Source: Vulcanimicrobiota bacterium
GTDB taxonomy: Bacteria > Vulcanimicrobiota > Vulcanimicrobiia > Vulcanimicrobiales > Vulcanimicrobiaceae
Assembly: GCA_963782065.1 (NCBI GenBank)
Contig: CAWAIE010000003.1
Span: forward strand, 558,667-622,666
Direction of reading: 5' to 3'
Length of the DNA stretch: 64,000 bases
Below are positions 11,418-22,660 of the stretch, in pieces (position 1 is the stretch's first letter; the number at the start of each line of letters is the position of its first letter). The position numbers were made by a program, and so were the translations under genes. The notes under the pieces were generated by a model. The model searched no databases, was not told the DNA's origin, and was given only the letters and a program-made list of their open reading frames with translations.

Positions 11418-11625
11418 AATTTTCTTAGCTTGACGTGGTCCCGGTAAGTCTTCGCGACGTTCCCCGAGTGAATTTCGGGGCGCCCTGGGGGAGTTTTCAG
11501 CGGACCGAGTTGTTTAAGCGCCCCAGGGTCGGGGCCCCACGAAGTGGGGGGCGCGGAGGCTGGGCCGGAGCGCCTTTTAAACGAAAATGTTCCCCTCGCT
11601 CACCGACATCGTTAAAGCGCTTCCT

Positions 11626-12096
11626 TTACCAGCGATAGTGCGCGAAGGCTTTGTTGGCCTCGGCCATTTTGTGCGTATCTTCGCGCTTCTTGATGGTCGC
11701 GCCGGTATTGTTCGAGGCATCCATTAGTTCGTAGGCGAGCTTTTCTTCCATCGAACGCCCCGCGCGGTTGCGCGCAAATCCGATGAGCCAACGCATCGCC
11801 ATCGCCTGACGGCGATCGGGACGCACCTCCATCGGCACTTGATACGTGGCTCCGCCGACGCGGCGTGGCCGCACTTCGACGAGCGGCATCGCGTTCGACA
11901 GCGCTTGCGAAAAGATGTCCATCGGATCGCGCCCGGTCTTTTCCGCGATCATCTCGAGCGCGGCATAGGTGATGTTTTCGGCGGTCGACTTCTTCCCCCG
12001 AAGCATCACTTTGTTGATGAAGCGCGCCAGGACTTTGGAGTTGAACTTTCCGTCCGGTAAAATCTGACGTTTGGGAGCAGGACCCTTGCGTGGCAT
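11626..12096 (-). CDS. rpsG: 30S ribosomal protein S7
   Basis: 156 aa, [15 protein letters not shown]…[19 protein letters not shown] overlaps the rpsL stop (TAATG). Confidence 0.95.
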   Translation of the reverse strand: MPRKGPAPKRQILPDGKFNSKVLARFINKVMLRGKKSTAENITYAALEMIAEKTGRDPMDIFSQALSNAMPLVEVRPRRVGGATYQVPMEVRPDRRQAMAMRWLIGFARNRAGRSMEEKLAYELMDASNNTGATIKKREDTHKMAEANKAFAHYRW

Positions 12097-12536
12097 TACT
12101 TCTTCTTCTCTCGCTTGGCGCCGTATTTCGAGCGGCCTTGTTTGCGATTGGCCGTTCCGGCCGTGTCGAGGGTGCCGCGAATGATGTGGTAACGCACGCC
12201 GGGGAGATCTTTAACGCGGCCGCCGCGCACGAGCACGACCGAGTGCTCTTGCAAGTTGTGACCGATGCCCGGGATGTATGCGGTGACTTCTTCGCCGTTG
12301 GTGAGGCGCACGCGCGCCACTTTACGGAGCGCCGAGTTCGGCTTCTTCGGAGTGACCGTCTTGACTTGCGTGCAGACGCCGCGGCGCTGCGGATTCCCGC
12401 GCACTTCGAACGAGCGTGTCGGCAAGTCCGGATGACCCGGCTTCGGGCCGGTCAAGATCACGCGAAACGCGCGCGTCTTTACCTTTTTCTCGGTCTTCTC
12501 ACGGCCCCGGCGGACCAACTGGTTGATGGTGGGCAA
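12096..12536 (-). CDS. rpsL: 30S ribosomal protein S12
   Basis: 146 aa, [13 protein letters not shown]…[19 protein letters not shown] start codon (rc 12534-12536). Confidence 0.95.
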   Translation of the reverse strand: MPTINQLVRRGREKTEKKVKTRAFRVILTGPKPGHPDLPTRSFEVRGNPQRRGVCTQVKTVTPKKPNSALRKVARVRLTNGEEVTAYIPGIGHNLQEHSVVLVRGGRVKDLPGVRYHIIRGTLDTAGTANRKQGRSKYGAKREKKK

Positions 12537-12617
12537 CTACTCTCCTTTGGGCGCAGCATACCCCGAGAAAAGCCGCGGCGATCCTCGGGGAACCTTCGGT
12601 CGTCCCTGAACTACGGC

Positions 12618-12646
12618 AGTATACCAGGGGCCCTGTGCGGCGTCAA
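12618..12646 (-). promoter_or_regulatory. Putative sigma70 promoter for rpsL-rpsG-fusA (TTGACG-17 nt-TATACT)
   Basis: Minus strand reads TTGACG (rc 12641-12646), a 17-nt spacer, then TATACT (rc 12618-12623), about 75 nt upstream of the rpsL start. Confidence 0.6.
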
Positions 12647-12723
12647 ACGAAGGGACGGCGCCCGCTCGGCGTTTCGCCCCCTCCCGGGGGCGTCTTCCTT
12701 GCCGTCGAACGCCCCGGCTGCGT

Positions 12724-13941
12724 ATGGCCGCCAGCGGCTCGATTCACCACGAACGGCGTCTGGGCGTACTCGACGGACTCCGCGGCATCGCCGTCCTGCT
12801 CGTTCTCTGGTACCACGTCTGGGAAATCTCGTTTCTCCCGGCCCCCGTCGACTGGCTGGAGTTCGTACCGGAGACCGGCTTCGTCGGCGTCCATCTCTTC
12901 TTTTTTCTGAGCGGCTTCGTCATCGCTTACCCATTCGTCCGGGCGGCCTCGACGGGCGCTGCGCGGCCCGGCTGGGGCGGATTCGCCTGGCGCCGCTTCA
13001 TCAAGATCGTCCCCTCGTACGTCCTTTCGATCGCGGTAGCCTATGCAATTGGGTACGCGCAACGCCAGCCCGGCGCCGCGACCGTGCCGGACCTCGTCTC
13101 GCATCTGCTCTTCGTGCACACGTGGTTCGCGGACCGGTATGGCACGATCAACGGCGTTCTCTGGACGCTAGCCGTCGAGGTCGAGTTCTACTGCATCTTT
13201 CCGTTGATTTGGTGGGGCTTCGCGCGTCGGCCGTGGCTCACGGCGGCGGCAATGATCGCCGTCGCATGGGTGTGGCGCGCCGGGCTCGCAAGCTGCTGCT
13301 ACTCTACGCTCTTTCCGCAGTACGAGGAGAACCTGCCCGGCTATCTCGACATCTTCGCGTTCGGAATGCTTGCGGCGCTCGCGTTCGCGCGTTACGGCGA
13401 GCGCTGGCGCACTTCGCGATGGAGCGCCGTCGCCCCGCTGGTCTCACTTGGCGGGGCGGCGTGGTTGGTCGCGTTGCTCTTCGATCTTTTCGGATACCGG
13501 TTGGCAGATCAGTGGGCTGGAGTCTGGCAGATCGATCGGCGACCGCTGCTCGGCGCGTCGTTTGCGATCGTCGCGCTCGGTTTCCTCAGCAGCCCGCGCT
13601 GGTGGCAATTGCTGCTCGACAACCCGCCGCTGCGATTCCTCGCCGCGATTTCGTACAACCTGTACCTCTATCATCAGATCGTCGCTCGCGAACTGCTGCG
13701 CCAGCACGTGCCGCCGTACATCGGCGATCCGCACTACGATCCGCCCTGGCAAATCCGGTACACGGAAATCGCCTTTGCCTCGACGATTGCGCTGGCGGCC
13801 GTCGTGACCTACGCGTTCGAGCGACCGCTCCTGCGAGTCGAACCACCCCGTTTCCTCACATCTGGCATCGGGGCACTTCGACGAAGGTGGAGCGGCAATC
13901 GGAACGAGGAAGCACCCTCGTCGAAACCGCGATCGCCGTAG
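12724..13941 (+). CDS. Acyltransferase family 3 (OafA/YrhL-like) integral membrane protein
   Basis: 405 aa with [17 protein letters not shown] and [16 protein letters not shown], multi-TM. The last ~18 codons overlap the next gene. Confidence 0.75.
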   Translation: MAASGSIHHERRLGVLDGLRGIAVLLVLWYHVWEISFLPAPVDWLEFVPETGFVGVHLFFFLSGFVIAYPFVRAASTGAARPGWGGFAWRRFIKIVPSYVLSIAVAYAIGYAQRQPGAATVPDLVSHLLFVHTWFADRYGTINGVLWTLAVEVEFYCIFPLIWWGFARRPWLTAAAMIAVAWVWRAGLASCCYSTLFPQYEENLPGYLDIFAFGMLAALAFARYGERWRTSRWSAVAPLVSLGGAAWLVALLFDLFGYRLADQWAGVWQIDRRPLLGASFAIVALGFLSSPRWWQLLLDNPPLRFLAAISYNLYLYHQIVARELLRQHVPPYIGDPHYDPPWQIRYTEIAFASTIALAAVVTYAFERPLLRVEPPRFLTSGIGALRRRWSGNRNEEAPSSKPRSP

Positions 13942-14333
13942 CGATCGCCGGCGTCGTCGCAGGAGCCGCCCTCGACGCCACGATCCTCGCGACGCACGCG
14001 GCCGGTCTGCGCCCGGTGCGCGACGCGCTCGAAAGCGAGCTCCGGCGCGAGATGCCGGTCGCGCTCGACATTCTCAAGTATCAAGGCGGTGCAATCGCAC
14101 CGGCCGCGGTCGCAACGACGCTCCCCATGCCTGCCGGTACGCCGCTAACCGCGAAAGTCTCGATCGCCGTTTCGCCCGATCCGGCCGGTTCCACTCGCGT
14201 GACGCTGACGGCCGAAGGCGGCGACCCACCGCAACGCGCGCGCCTCACGGCGGCGCTCGGCGCCCAAACCCTCGTTCCCGGCACGATCGTCACGGCGCCC
14301 GGTCTCGTGCCGGCTCCGACCGGAGCGCCCTAA
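13887..14333 (+). CDS. Prepilin-type N-terminal cleavage/methylation domain protein (pilin/pseudopilin-like)
   Basis: Hidden inside the 747-aa shadow ORF 12090..14333. The in-frame GTG at 13887 is the only possible start and gives M-ERQSERG|[19 protein letters not shown]. That is a short leader ending in Gly, Glu at +5 and a hydrophobic helix. Confidence 0.6.
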   Translation: MERQSERGSTLVETAIAVAIAGVVAGAALDATILATHAAGLRPVRDALESELRREMPVALDILKYQGGAIAPAAVATTLPMPAGTPLTAKVSIAVSPDPAGSTRVTLTAEGGDPPQRARLTAALGAQTLVPGTIVTAPGLVPAPTGAP

Positions 14334-15007
14334 TGCTCTTGCGGACGCTTTTTGCGCTCGTTCTCTTCACCGCGTTGGCAGAAACAGCGCTGCACGGCGT
14401 TCACGCGCTCGCTCAGGCCGCCGTACGTAGGGAAGCGTTGGTGGCCGTTCGCGCGGAGATCGCGGGCGCGACCGGCGCGGCGCGCGACGCCGTCGCGCAG
14501 GCGATAATGGCGGGCGGCGATCCACGCCGCCTCGATCCCCAACCGCCGCCGCCCCTCGCCGGCTGTCGCGTCCGGGTGGGCGACGCCTGCGCGCTCCAGG
14601 GCAGAGCGACGGTAGGGTTTGCGCTCGAGCCCACGGCCTCGCCGTGTCCGCAGTCGGGATGCGTCGTTTACGAGCAGGGCAACGACGCGGTGGTGGAGGG
14701 GCGTATCGAAGCGACGATCGCCGCCCAGGCGCTCGCGCCCAGCGGAGCCGTCCTGGCATCGCGGGTGCAGAAGGTCGTCTTTCGTACGCTGCGCGTCCCG
14801 CCGTACGCAGCGCTTGCCGGGCAATCCGACGCAACCGCCGCCGCCGGCGCGCCCGGGGACGACGCGGGCGCCGCACCTACCGGCGCGTCGCCCGGAACGC
14901 TCGTCGACGTGATCTACCAAAACGCCGTCACCGGCGCCGCCATCCCCGCCAACGTCTGGCGGGCAACGGCGGAATCGCGCGACGGCGCGACTGCCTGGAA
15001 ACCGTAG
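14333..15007 (+). CDS. Hypothetical N-terminally membrane-anchored protein, translationally coupled to the pilin-like gene
   Basis: 224 aa, [20 protein letters not shown]… then an Ala/Pro/Cys-containing soluble part. TAATG overlap with 13887..14333. No recognisable domain. Confidence 0.5.
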   Translation: MLLRTLFALVLFTALAETALHGVHALAQAAVRREALVAVRAEIAGATGAARDAVAQAIMAGGDPRRLDPQPPPPLAGCRVRVGDACALQGRATVGFALEPTASPCPQSGCVVYEQGNDAVVEGRIEATIAAQALAPSGAVLASRVQKVVFRTLRVPPYAALAGQSDATAAAGAPGDDAGAAPTGASPGTLVDVIYQNAVTGAAIPANVWRATAESRDGATAWKP

Positions 15008-15034
15008 CAGTCTGCTAGGGAACCTGCCGCTGGG

Positions 15035-15406
15035 TCAGAGCACCGACTTGAAAAGGCTCTCCGTGAAGCCGGCAATCACCGGCACGCGCACTTCTTTGCC
15101 TTGGAAGCCGGTCACGAACGTCCAGATCCACAACACGAGCCAAAGCAGATCGATGAGCCACAAGACCGGAAACAGCACCAAGAATATATGAACGAGCATC
15201 GTCAGGATTCCCCAAACGATGTGAATCGCGATCAAGCTGCCCCACAGGGTGATCGACTGCGCCGCCGCCCATTTGACGAACTTGTTCGTGCCCCCGCCGA
15301 CGAGCATCACGATGCCGCCGACTAATCCGAACAAGTAAGCCAGCCCGGCGGCCATGTTCGGGTCCAATCCAAAGGGGGTATTCGAAGGAGGCTGGGTGAC
15401 CGACAT
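15035..15406 (-). CDS. DUF4870-like small polytopic membrane protein
   Basis: Start moved to ATG at rc 15404-15406 (MSVTQPP…), preceded by GAAAGGG. AAGLAYLFGLVGGIVMLV…NKFVKWAAAQSITLW fits the DUF4870 pattern. Confidence 0.55.
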   Translation of the reverse strand: MSVTQPPSNTPFGLDPNMAAGLAYLFGLVGGIVMLVGGGTNKFVKWAAAQSITLWGSLIAIHIVWGILTMLVHIFLVLFPVLWLIDLLWLVLWIWTFVTGFQGKEVRVPVIAGFTESLFKSVL

Positions 15407-15539
15407 GTGCACGCCCTTTCCTATTGCATAACCGTCAGCACGTTGCAATGCAGGTTATCCTTGCGAGCGTGCGGCTCCTACCGCAGCAGTCGCGACAGCG
15501 GACGAGGTTCTATCCGGCGCCGGGAGCGAACGGCGCGAC

Positions 15540-16460
15540 GTGCGCTCCCGGCGGATCGTCTATCTCGGCCTCACGTACGTGGTCATCTGCTGGGGCCTCA
15601 ACGTCGTGCTCGTCAAAAGCGCCATCGCACACCTCGATCCGCTTGCGTTCACGTCGCTGCGGTTTTTGGCAATGACGCCGCTGACCTTCGGACTCGTCTA
15701 CGCGACCGGCGAGCGGATCGCGATACGCCGGCGCGATCTCGGCCTGCTGATCGCTTGCGCCGCGTTCGGATACGGTCTCTATCAGTACTTGTGGATATTC
15801 GGTCTTGCGAACACCAGCGCGTTTGCCTCCGCTTTGCTCGGCGCGACCGCTCCGATCTTCACGATCACGATCGTCGCGCTGCTCGGGCACGAACGGGTGC
15901 GCAGCGTGCGCTGGATGGGTGCCGGCATCGCGCTTCTCGGCATCGCCGTCTTCGAAGGCGGTTTTGCCGCACGCGCAACCTTTCGGATCGGCGACCTCCT
16001 GACGTTGCTTTCGTCGATTTCGTTTGCAGGATACAACGTCGTCACCGCGCGACTGACCTCGCGCTACTCGCCCGTCGTATTGGTGGCGATCACGATGACG
16101 ATGGGAATGCTGATGATTCTTCCCGCCGGCATTCCACGACTGGCGCACGCCGATCTCGCACATCTGGGCTGGGCGGTGTGGGGTCCGTTTCTTTTCGCGG
16201 TCCTTTTCCCGATCGTGCTAACGTGGCCGGTTTGGAACTATGGGATCTCCGTTATCGGTGCCGCACGTGCCGGTCTCTTTGGATTTCTCGTGCCGATCGT
16301 CGCGGGCTTTGCAAGCATCTGGGTGCTCGGCGCGCGCTTGGAGCCGCATCAAATCGCCGGCGCCGTCATCTGCATTGCGGGCATGGTGCTGGCCAGCCTT
16401 TTCGGGCGCTACTCCGTGAGCGCGATCTGGGCGGAGCGCTCGCTGCCGCTCGAGAGGTAG
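15540..16460 (+). CDS. EamA/DMT-family transporter
   Basis: 306 aa, ~10 TM, two EamA-like halves (…VKSAIAHLDPLAFTSLRF…). Confidence 0.7.
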   Translation: MRSRRIVYLGLTYVVICWGLNVVLVKSAIAHLDPLAFTSLRFLAMTPLTFGLVYATGERIAIRRRDLGLLIACAAFGYGLYQYLWIFGLANTSAFASALLGATAPIFTITIVALLGHERVRSVRWMGAGIALLGIAVFEGGFAARATFRIGDLLTLLSSISFAGYNVVTARLTSRYSPVVLVAITMTMGMLMILPAGIPRLAHADLAHLGWAVWGPFLFAVLFPIVLTWPVWNYGISVIGAARAGLFGFLVPIVAGFASIWVLGARLEPHQIAGAVICIAGMVLASLFGRYSVSAIWAERSLPLER

Positions 16461-16491
16461 CACTCCCCCTCCCGCAAAACCTCGAGGTCCA

Positions 16492-16689
16492 GTGCTGCGC
16501 ACGTATGGCTGGTACGCGCTTCTGATTCTCCCGTTTGCGGGAGCGCTCTTTCCCGGGCTGTACAATCGCGTCGATCCGACGCTCTTCGGGTTGCCGTTCT
16601 TCTACTGGTTCCAGATGGCGTGGGTCATCGTGACGTCACTCGTCCTCGCGGCGATCGCTTACGGAACGCGAGCGCGCGACGATGTCTAG
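16492..16689 (+). CDS. DUF3311 small membrane protein (symporter accessory subunit type)
   Basis: 65 aa with NRVDPTLFGLPFFYWFQMAW. Overlaps the downstream SSS gene. A paralogous pair lies at 33524..35139. Confidence 0.65.
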   Translation: MLRTYGWYALLILPFAGALFPGLYNRVDPTLFGLPFFYWFQMAWVIVTSLVLAAIAYGTRARDDV

Positions 16690-18184
16690 CGGCGCCTGGG
16701 TGCTGTTCGGGCTCGTACTGGGCGCCTGCGTGCTCGGATTCTTGGGCCGCGGCTGGGGCCACGCCAACCTGGCGCAGATCGACGAATGGGCGCTGGGCGG
16801 ACGGCGCTTCGGAACGCTCCTGTCGTGGTTTTTGGTCGGCGGCGACATCTACACCGCGTACACCTTCGTCGCGGTTCCGGCGTTGGTGTACGGCGTCGGG
16901 GCGCTCGGGTTCTTTCCGCTCTCGCTCAACTTCGTCGCCTATCCGATCGCGTTCATCTTCCTCGTACGCTTTTGGGGTATTGCACGGCGCAAGGGGTACG
17001 TAACCGGCGCCGACTTCGTGCGCGATCGCTTCGGCGACCGGACGCTCGAGATTGCGGTGGCGCTCACCGGGGCGGTCTCGCTCATGCCGTACATCGCACT
17101 TCAGCTCGTCGGCATGAAGGTCGTCTTCGCACAGTTGGGCGGAATCTTTGCGCTCGACAACGGCGTGCCCGCACTGACGATTGCGTTCGTGCTCGTCGCC
17201 GCCAACACGTACGTGAGCGGCCTGCGCGCGCCGGCGCTCATCGCGGTGGTCAAGGATACGCTCATTTACGTGACGGTCATCGCCGCCATCACCGTGATTC
17301 CAGCCAAGCTCGGCGGTTGGCAGCATATCTTCGCGTCGGTCGAGACGGCCCTCGCCGCGCGTCCGAAGCCGGCATCGGTGCTCCTCGCTGCGCCGCAGTA
17401 CTTCACCTACGCAACGATGGCGATCGGCTCGGGAATCGCGCTCTTTCTGTACCCGAGTTCGATCACGACCATCTTGGCTGCGCGCAGTAAGGACGTCTTG
17501 CGCCGCAACGCCGTGCTGCTGCCGATCTACACGCTGCTGCTCGGCTTCCTGGGGTTGCTGGGGTACTGCGCGATCGCCTCGGGAATTTCCGTCGCGCACG
17601 GGAGTAGCAGCGTCATCCCGCTGCTTTTTGCGCGTTACTTTCCATCCTGGTTTGCCGGCGTAGCCGGCGCCGCAATCGTGATCGGCGCGCTGGTTCCGGC
17701 GACGATCATGTGCATCGGCGCCGCGAATCTGCTCGCCAGCAACGTCTTCCGCGAGTTTTCGGCAGACCGCACGCCGCTGGCGGTGGGCGCGGTGAAAACC
17801 TTCACGCTGCTGATGTGCGCCGGCGGCCTCCTCTGCGTATTCCTCTTCCCGGTGACGTTCGCGATCGATTTTCAACTGCTCGGCGGCTCGCTCATCGTAC
17901 AGACGTTTCCGGCCTTCGCGCTCGGGCTATTCACGCGATGGTTCCATCCCCGCGCGCTGCTCGCCGGGTGGGCGACGGGCATCGCCGCGAGCTGCGCGAT
18001 GGCCTACGCGACCGGCTTCGCGTCGACGTACGCGATCGATCTGTTCGGGCTGCATCTCAACGGGTTCATCGCGGTCTATAGCCTCGCAGCCAACCTCGCG
18101 GTCGCAACCGCAGCGACGTTGGTTCTGCGCGTCATCGGCGTGCCGGCGGGCAACGACCGCACGCTCGCGGGCGACTACGCGTGA
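16682..18184 (+). CDS. Sodium:solute symporter (SSS) family transporter
   Basis: 500 aa, ~13 TM, EWALGGRRFGTLLSWFLVGGDIYTAYTF. Confidence 0.75.
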   Translation: MSSGAWVLFGLVLGACVLGFLGRGWGHANLAQIDEWALGGRRFGTLLSWFLVGGDIYTAYTFVAVPALVYGVGALGFFPLSLNFVAYPIAFIFLVRFWGIARRKGYVTGADFVRDRFGDRTLEIAVALTGAVSLMPYIALQLVGMKVVFAQLGGIFALDNGVPALTIAFVLVAANTYVSGLRAPALIAVVKDTLIYVTVIAAITVIPAKLGGWQHIFASVETALAARPKPASVLLAAPQYFTYATMAIGSGIALFLYPSSITTILAARSKDVLRRNAVLLPIYTLLLGFLGLLGYCAIASGISVAHGSSSVIPLLFARYFPSWFAGVAGAAIVIGALVPATIMCIGAANLLASNVFREFSADRTPLAVGAVKTFTLLMCAGGLLCVFLFPVTFAIDFQLLGGSLIVQTFPAFALGLFTRWFHPRALLAGWATGIAASCAMAYATGFASTYAIDLFGLHLNGFIAVYSLAANLAVATAATLVLRVIGVPAGNDRTLAGDYA

Positions 18185-18573
18185 GCGAAACGATCAATCC
18201 GCCGCAGTGGCCGCGTCCCAGCGGCTACGCCAACGGCATCCTCGCGCAAGGACGCTTCTTAGCGATCTCGGGACAGATCGGCTGGGACGAAGGCGGCAAA
18301 CTCGTCGGGAATGACTTTCTTCTCCAAGCCCTGCAGGCGCTGCGCAACGTCGTAGCGATCGTTCGTGCCGCCGGCGGAGAACCGGCGCACGTCGTGCGAT
18401 TGACGTGGTACGTCGTCGACACCGACGAATATCGCGCCGCGCTTGCGGGACTTGGCCGCGGGTATCGCGAGATCTTCGGCGACCACTATCCGGCGATGAC
18501 GCTGGTCCGCATAGCGGGACTGCTCGAAGCGGGCGCCAGGGTCGAGATCGAAGCGACGGCGATTCTTCCTTAG
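18181..18573 (+). CDS. RidA/YjgF family enamine-imine deaminase
   Basis: 130 aa with GYANGILAQGRFLAISGQIG and VEIEATA at the C-terminus. 4-nt overlap with the SSS stop. Confidence 0.75.
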   Translation: MSETINPPQWPRPSGYANGILAQGRFLAISGQIGWDEGGKLVGNDFLLQALQALRNVVAIVRAAGGEPAHVVRLTWYVVDTDEYRAALAGLGRGYREIFGDHYPAMTLVRIAGLLEAGARVEIEATAILP

Positions 18574-20186
18574 GCGCGGCTGCGGAGTTTGTAGCGCTGC
18601 ACCTTCCCGGTTTCGGTGCGCGGCAGCTCGACCACGAACTCGATCTCGCGCGGCGTTTTGAACGGCGCAATCCGTTCGCTGCAGAACGCTTGCAGTTCGC
18701 GAATCTTCTCCTCGCCGGCGACCGCGTCTGCATCGAGCACGACGAAGGCCTTGACGATGTGCGTCCCCTTCTCGGCATGCGGCTTTCCGACGACGGCGAC
18801 TTCCTTGACGTCGGCATGCCCGATGAGAACTTGTTCAACCTCGGGCCCCGAAACGTTGTAGCCGGCGGACACGATCATGTCGTCGGTGCGAGCGACGTAC
18901 CAGAAATACCCATCTTCGTCGACACGGTAGGCGTCGCCGGGATAGTTCCATCCGTTCTGCACGTAGTCACGCTGTCGTTCGTCGTCGAGATATTTGCAGC
19001 CGGTCGGGCCTTTCACCGCCAAGCGCCCGACCGTGCCGGGCGGTACCGGCCGTCCGTCGCCGTCGTGCACTTCTGCGACGTATCCCGGGACGGCGCGCCC
19101 GGTCGCGCCCGGCCGGATCTCGCGCTCCGGCGAGCCGACGAAGATGTGCAGCATCTCGGTGCTGCCGATGCCGTCGAGAATTTTCAAACCGGTTGTGTCG
19201 CACCACGCCTCCCAGACCGCCTGTGGAAGCGTCTCGCCGGCCGAGACGCACGTGCGCAACGTCGAGAGGTCGTAGCGGTCCGCCGCGGCGCACATCGTGC
19301 GATACGCGATCGGTGCGGTGAACGTCGTCGTCGCGCCGTACTCGGCCACGGCGCGCAGGAGATCCTCGGGACCGGCCTTCTCCAGCAGCAGCGTCGCGGC
19401 GCCGGCCGAAAACGGGAAGAGCACGTGTCCGCCGAGCCCGAACGTGAATCCGAGCGGCGCGCTTCCGCAAAAGAGATCGCCGGGACGCGGCTGCAAGACG
19501 CGCGCGCCGTACGTGTCGCAGGTGGCCAGCAGGTCGCGGTGATAGTGCATCGCCGCTTTCGGCCTTCCGGTCGTACCCGACGTGAACGCGATCAGCGCGA
19601 CGTCTTCGGCCGACGTCGCTACCGCATCGAAGGCGTCGGATTGCGTCGCCATCGCGGCTTCGAGTTCGCTCTCGGCACGCATTCCGAACCCAACCGTCCC
19701 TACGCCGTCGAGTCCTTCGCAGGCTTTCGAGAGTTCGTCAAATAGCCGAACGTCGCAGAGCGCCAGCGTGACGCGCGCCTTCTCGGCAATGACGCGAAGT
19801 TCGTTTGAACGGTAGAGCGGCATCGTCGTCACGGCGATACCGCCCGCCTTGAGCACGGCGAGCCAGCAGGCGGCGAGCATTGGGGTATTCGGCGCGCGCA
19901 ACAGGACGCGGTTGCCCGGCCGCAGACCGTAGCGCGCCGTCAACGCGTTGGCAATGCGATTGACGGCCCCGAAGAGCTCCCGATACGTCCAACTGAAGCC
20001 GTCGGGCGCGACGACGCACCGCCGCTCGCCGTAGCCGAGTTCGAGGTTCCGGTCGAGCAGCCACGCCGCGGCATTGATCGTCTCGGGAAAGGGCGTCTGC
20101 CGCAGCGTAAAGAGCATCTCGGGCAGCGCTTCGGCCGGCGGCAGATGCGCCTCGGCGAACGTGTCGACGTGTCCGGAACGTTTCAC
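18570..20186 (-). CDS. Aryl-CoA ligase, benzoate/2-aminobenzoate-CoA ligase family (AMP-binding)
   Basis: 538 aa. N-terminus [10 protein letters not shown]…[11 protein letters not shown] is typical of the benzoate/anthranilate-CoA ligase group. [14 protein letters not shown]-binding motif. GTG start overlaps the ACAD stop. Confidence 0.7.
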   Translation of the reverse strand: MKRSGHVDTFAEAHLPPAEALPEMLFTLRQTPFPETINAAAWLLDRNLELGYGERRCVVAPDGFSWTYRELFGAVNRIANALTARYGLRPGNRVLLRAPNTPMLAACWLAVLKAGGIAVTTMPLYRSNELRVIAEKARVTLALCDVRLFDELSKACEGLDGVGTVGFGMRAESELEAAMATQSDAFDAVATSAEDVALIAFTSGTTGRPKAAMHYHRDLLATCDTYGARVLQPRPGDLFCGSAPLGFTFGLGGHVLFPFSAGAATLLLEKAGPEDLLRAVAEYGATTTFTAPIAYRTMCAAADRYDLSTLRTCVSAGETLPQAVWEAWCDTTGLKILDGIGSTEMLHIFVGSPEREIRPGATGRAVPGYVAEVHDGDGRPVPPGTVGRLAVKGPTGCKYLDDERQRDYVQNGWNYPGDAYRVDEDGYFWYVARTDDMIVSAGYNVSGPEVEQVLIGHADVKEVAVVGKPHAEKGTHIVKAFVVLDADAVAGEEKIRELQAFCSERIAPFKTPREIEFVVELPRTETGKVQRYKLRSRA

Positions 20187-21343
20187 GGCGTGGGAACGGT
20201 CGCCAGCACCTGCTTGGCGATGATTTGCTGCTGGATCTCGCTGGCGCCTTCGTAAATCCGCAACGCGCGGACGTCACGGTAGAGGCGCTCGACGGTCTCG
20301 CCCCGAGTCACGCCGCGACCCCCGAAGAGTTGCACGGCACGGTCGCAGATGCGGCCGGCCGCTTCGGTTGCAAACCATTTCGCCATCGCCGCCTCACGCG
20401 TGACGCGCGCCGCTCCCGCGTCCTTCGTCCACGCCGCGCGATAGACGAGCAGCGCGGCGGCGTCCGCGTCGGTGGCCATGCTCGCGACGGCGGCTTGCGT
20501 CATCTGAAGCGATGCCAGCGGCGCCCCGAAGAGCATGCGCGAACGCACGTGCGCGAGCGTCTCGTCGAGCGCGCGGCGCGCGAATCCGAGCGCCGCCGCA
20601 CCGACCGTGCTGCGAAAGACGTCGAGCACCGCCATCGCCACCCTAAATCCCTCGCCCTCTTCGCCGATGCGTTGCGATGCGGGGACGCGAACGCCTTCGA
20701 AACGCAGGCTTCCCAACGGGTGCGGCGAGATCGTTTCGATGCGCTGCGAAACGGTCAAGCCGCCGGCGTTTGCCTCCACGACGAATGCCGAAAGGCCGCG
20801 CGCGCCGGCACCGCCGGTGCGCGCGAACACGACGTAGAAGTCTGCCAGTCCGGCGTTTGAAATCCACGTCTTCTCGCCGTCGACGACGTACGCGTCAGCC
20901 GTTCGCGTTGCAGACGTCGAAATCGCGGCGACGTCGGAGCCGGCTTCCCGCTCGGATAGGGCGAAGGCCGCGATCGCCCGGCCCTCCGCCACCGCCGGAA
21001 GAAAGCGTTGCTGCAGCTGGGTCGAGCCGAAGAGCGTCAGCGCGCCGCTGCCCAGGCCTTGCATCGCAAACGCGAAGTCGGCGAACGCACTGCGATAGGC
21101 GAGCGCTTCGCGCGCCAAACAAAGCGTCCGCACGTCGAGACCGGCGCGCAAGCCGCCGTAAAAATCGGGGACGCAAGCGCGCAAGATGCCCGCACCGGCG
21201 AGTTCTCGCACCCACGCTCGGCAACTTGCGTCGGGATCACCTTCGTCGTCGAGCGCGACGGCGCTCTCGAGGCGCAGCGCGACGAGCGCCGCGAATGCAC
21301 GGTGCTCTTCGTCGAAGAACGGCCAGGCGAGACGGTCGTTCAA
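20183..21343 (-). CDS. Acyl-CoA dehydrogenase
   Basis: 386 aa with [19 protein letters not shown] and YEGASEIQ. Confidence 0.8.
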   Translation of the reverse strand: MNDRLAWPFFDEEHRAFAALVALRLESAVALDDEGDPDASCRAWVRELAGAGILRACVPDFYGGLRAGLDVRTLCLAREALAYRSAFADFAFAMQGLGSGALTLFGSTQLQQRFLPAVAEGRAIAAFALSEREAGSDVAAISTSATRTADAYVVDGEKTWISNAGLADFYVVFARTGGAGARGLSAFVVEANAGGLTVSQRIETISPHPLGSLRFEGVRVPASQRIGEEGEGFRVAMAVLDVFRSTVGAAALGFARRALDETLAHVRSRMLFGAPLASLQMTQAAVASMATDADAAALLVYRAAWTKDAGAARVTREAAMAKWFATEAAGRICDRAVQLFGGRGVTRGETVERLYRDVRALRIYEGASEIQQQIIAKQVLATVPTP

Positions 21344-22134
21344 TTCCCTTCGAACTCCGGAGACCGCTTTGCGGCGAACGCTTCGTAGGCGCGGCTAAAG
21401 TCGCGCGTTTGCATGCACTCCGCCTGCGCTTGCGCTTCCGCGTCGATCGCCTCGTCGAGCGAGAGCGCCCACTCGCGCTGCAGCATGCGCTTCGTCATCG
21501 CGTGTGCGAGCGTCGGGCCGGCCGCGATCGACGCCGCGCAAGCGCGTGCGCGAGCGAGCACTTCGCCGGGCTCGCAGAGTTCGTTGTAGAATCCCCACTC
21601 CAGCGCACGCTCGCCGGAGATCGCATCGCCGGTAAAGAGCAGTTGTGACGCGCGGCCCAGCCCCACGATGCGGGGCAGCATCGCGCACGCGCCCATGTCG
21701 GCGCCGGATAGTCCCACGCGCACGAAAAGAAAGGCAACTTTCGAACGCCCGGTTCCAAACCGCACGTCGGAGGCCATCGCTAAAATCGCTCCGGCGCCCG
21801 CGCAGGTCCCATCGATCGCCGCGACGATCGGCTGCGGACAGGCACGCATCGCCTTGACGAGGTCGCCCGTCATCTGCGTGAACTCCAGCAATCGCTCGGG
21901 CGCGGCGGTCGTCAGCGGACCGATGATCTCGTGCACGTCGCCTCCCGAGCAGAAATTTTCGCCGGCGCCGGTGAGGACGATCGCCCGAATCGCATCGTCG
22001 TCCCGGCGCGCGGCGAACCAGTCGCGCAGTTCGGCGTAGAGCGCGAACGTCAAGGGATTGCGCCGTTCCGGCCCGTCGAGCGTGACGGTCGCAACGCGAC
22101 CGGCGACTTCGTAGCGCGCTTGCGTCGGCATCAA
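21340..22134 (-). CDS. Enoyl-CoA hydratase/isomerase (crotonase) family
   Basis: 264 aa with [12 protein letters not shown] and [19 protein letters not shown] overlap with the ACAD. Confidence 0.8.
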   Translation of the reverse strand: MMPTQARYEVAGRVATVTLDGPERRNPLTFALYAELRDWFAARRDDDAIRAIVLTGAGENFCSGGDVHEIIGPLTTAAPERLLEFTQMTGDLVKAMRACPQPIVAAIDGTCAGAGAILAMASDVRFGTGRSKVAFLFVRVGLSGADMGACAMLPRIVGLGRASQLLFTGDAISGERALEWGFYNELCEPGEVLARARACAASIAAGPTLAHAMTKRMLQREWALSLDEAIDAEAQAQAECMQTRDFSRAYEAFAAKRSPEFEGN

Positions 22135-22141
22135 CGTCTGT

Positions 22142-22582
22142 TTAGCGAATCTGAAAGGGAAGGTCCTGTTCGAACTCGACGCCGGCGCTATTGCGGGCGA
22201 TCACGCGGAGGCGATAGGGCCGAATGAAGATCGGCGGAGCGTCGAGCACGTCCAGTTGGAAGGCGAAGCGGCCGGCCCCGGTATGCGGCACGTCGATCGA
22301 AAACAGATTCGTGCGCACCTCGATGCTGGCGACGTTCGTGCCGGTCACGAACTCGCCCGAAAAACGCTCGCCGCGGCGAACGTCGAGCGACGAAAAATGC
22401 ATTGCGAGGATCTGCGGCGGCGCATCTCGCGGTTCGACGCGCGGCGTCGGCAGCGCGCGCGCCGCTCCTACCGCCACGTCCGATGGAATGCCGGGAAGAT
22501 GCGACGCGCAACCGAGCGTGGCCGCCGCGAATGCGAGTGCGCCCAGTCCGAACGTCGCCGAGCGTCCGCGGGACGCGTGCAT
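22142..22582 (-). CDS. Putative lipoprotein, unknown function
   Basis: Start moved to ATG rc 22580-22582: [24 protein letters not shown]|CAS (lipobox). A beta-rich ~120-aa body follows. The stop is only 7 nt from the enoyl-CoA hydratase start. Confidence 0.5.
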   Translation of the reverse strand: MHASRGRSATFGLGALAFAAATLGCASHLPGIPSDVAVGAARALPTPRVEPRDAPPQILAMHFSSLDVRRGERFSGEFVTGTNVASIEVRTNLFSIDVPHTGAGRFAFQLDVLDAPPIFIRPYRLRVIARNSAGVEFEQDLPFQIR

Positions 22583-22660
22583 CACAACGTGAGGTAGGTG
22601 TGCGGCAACGGTTTTCCTGCCGCAGAGGGCGCTTCCGCCGATTGCGCGTAAGGCCATCCC

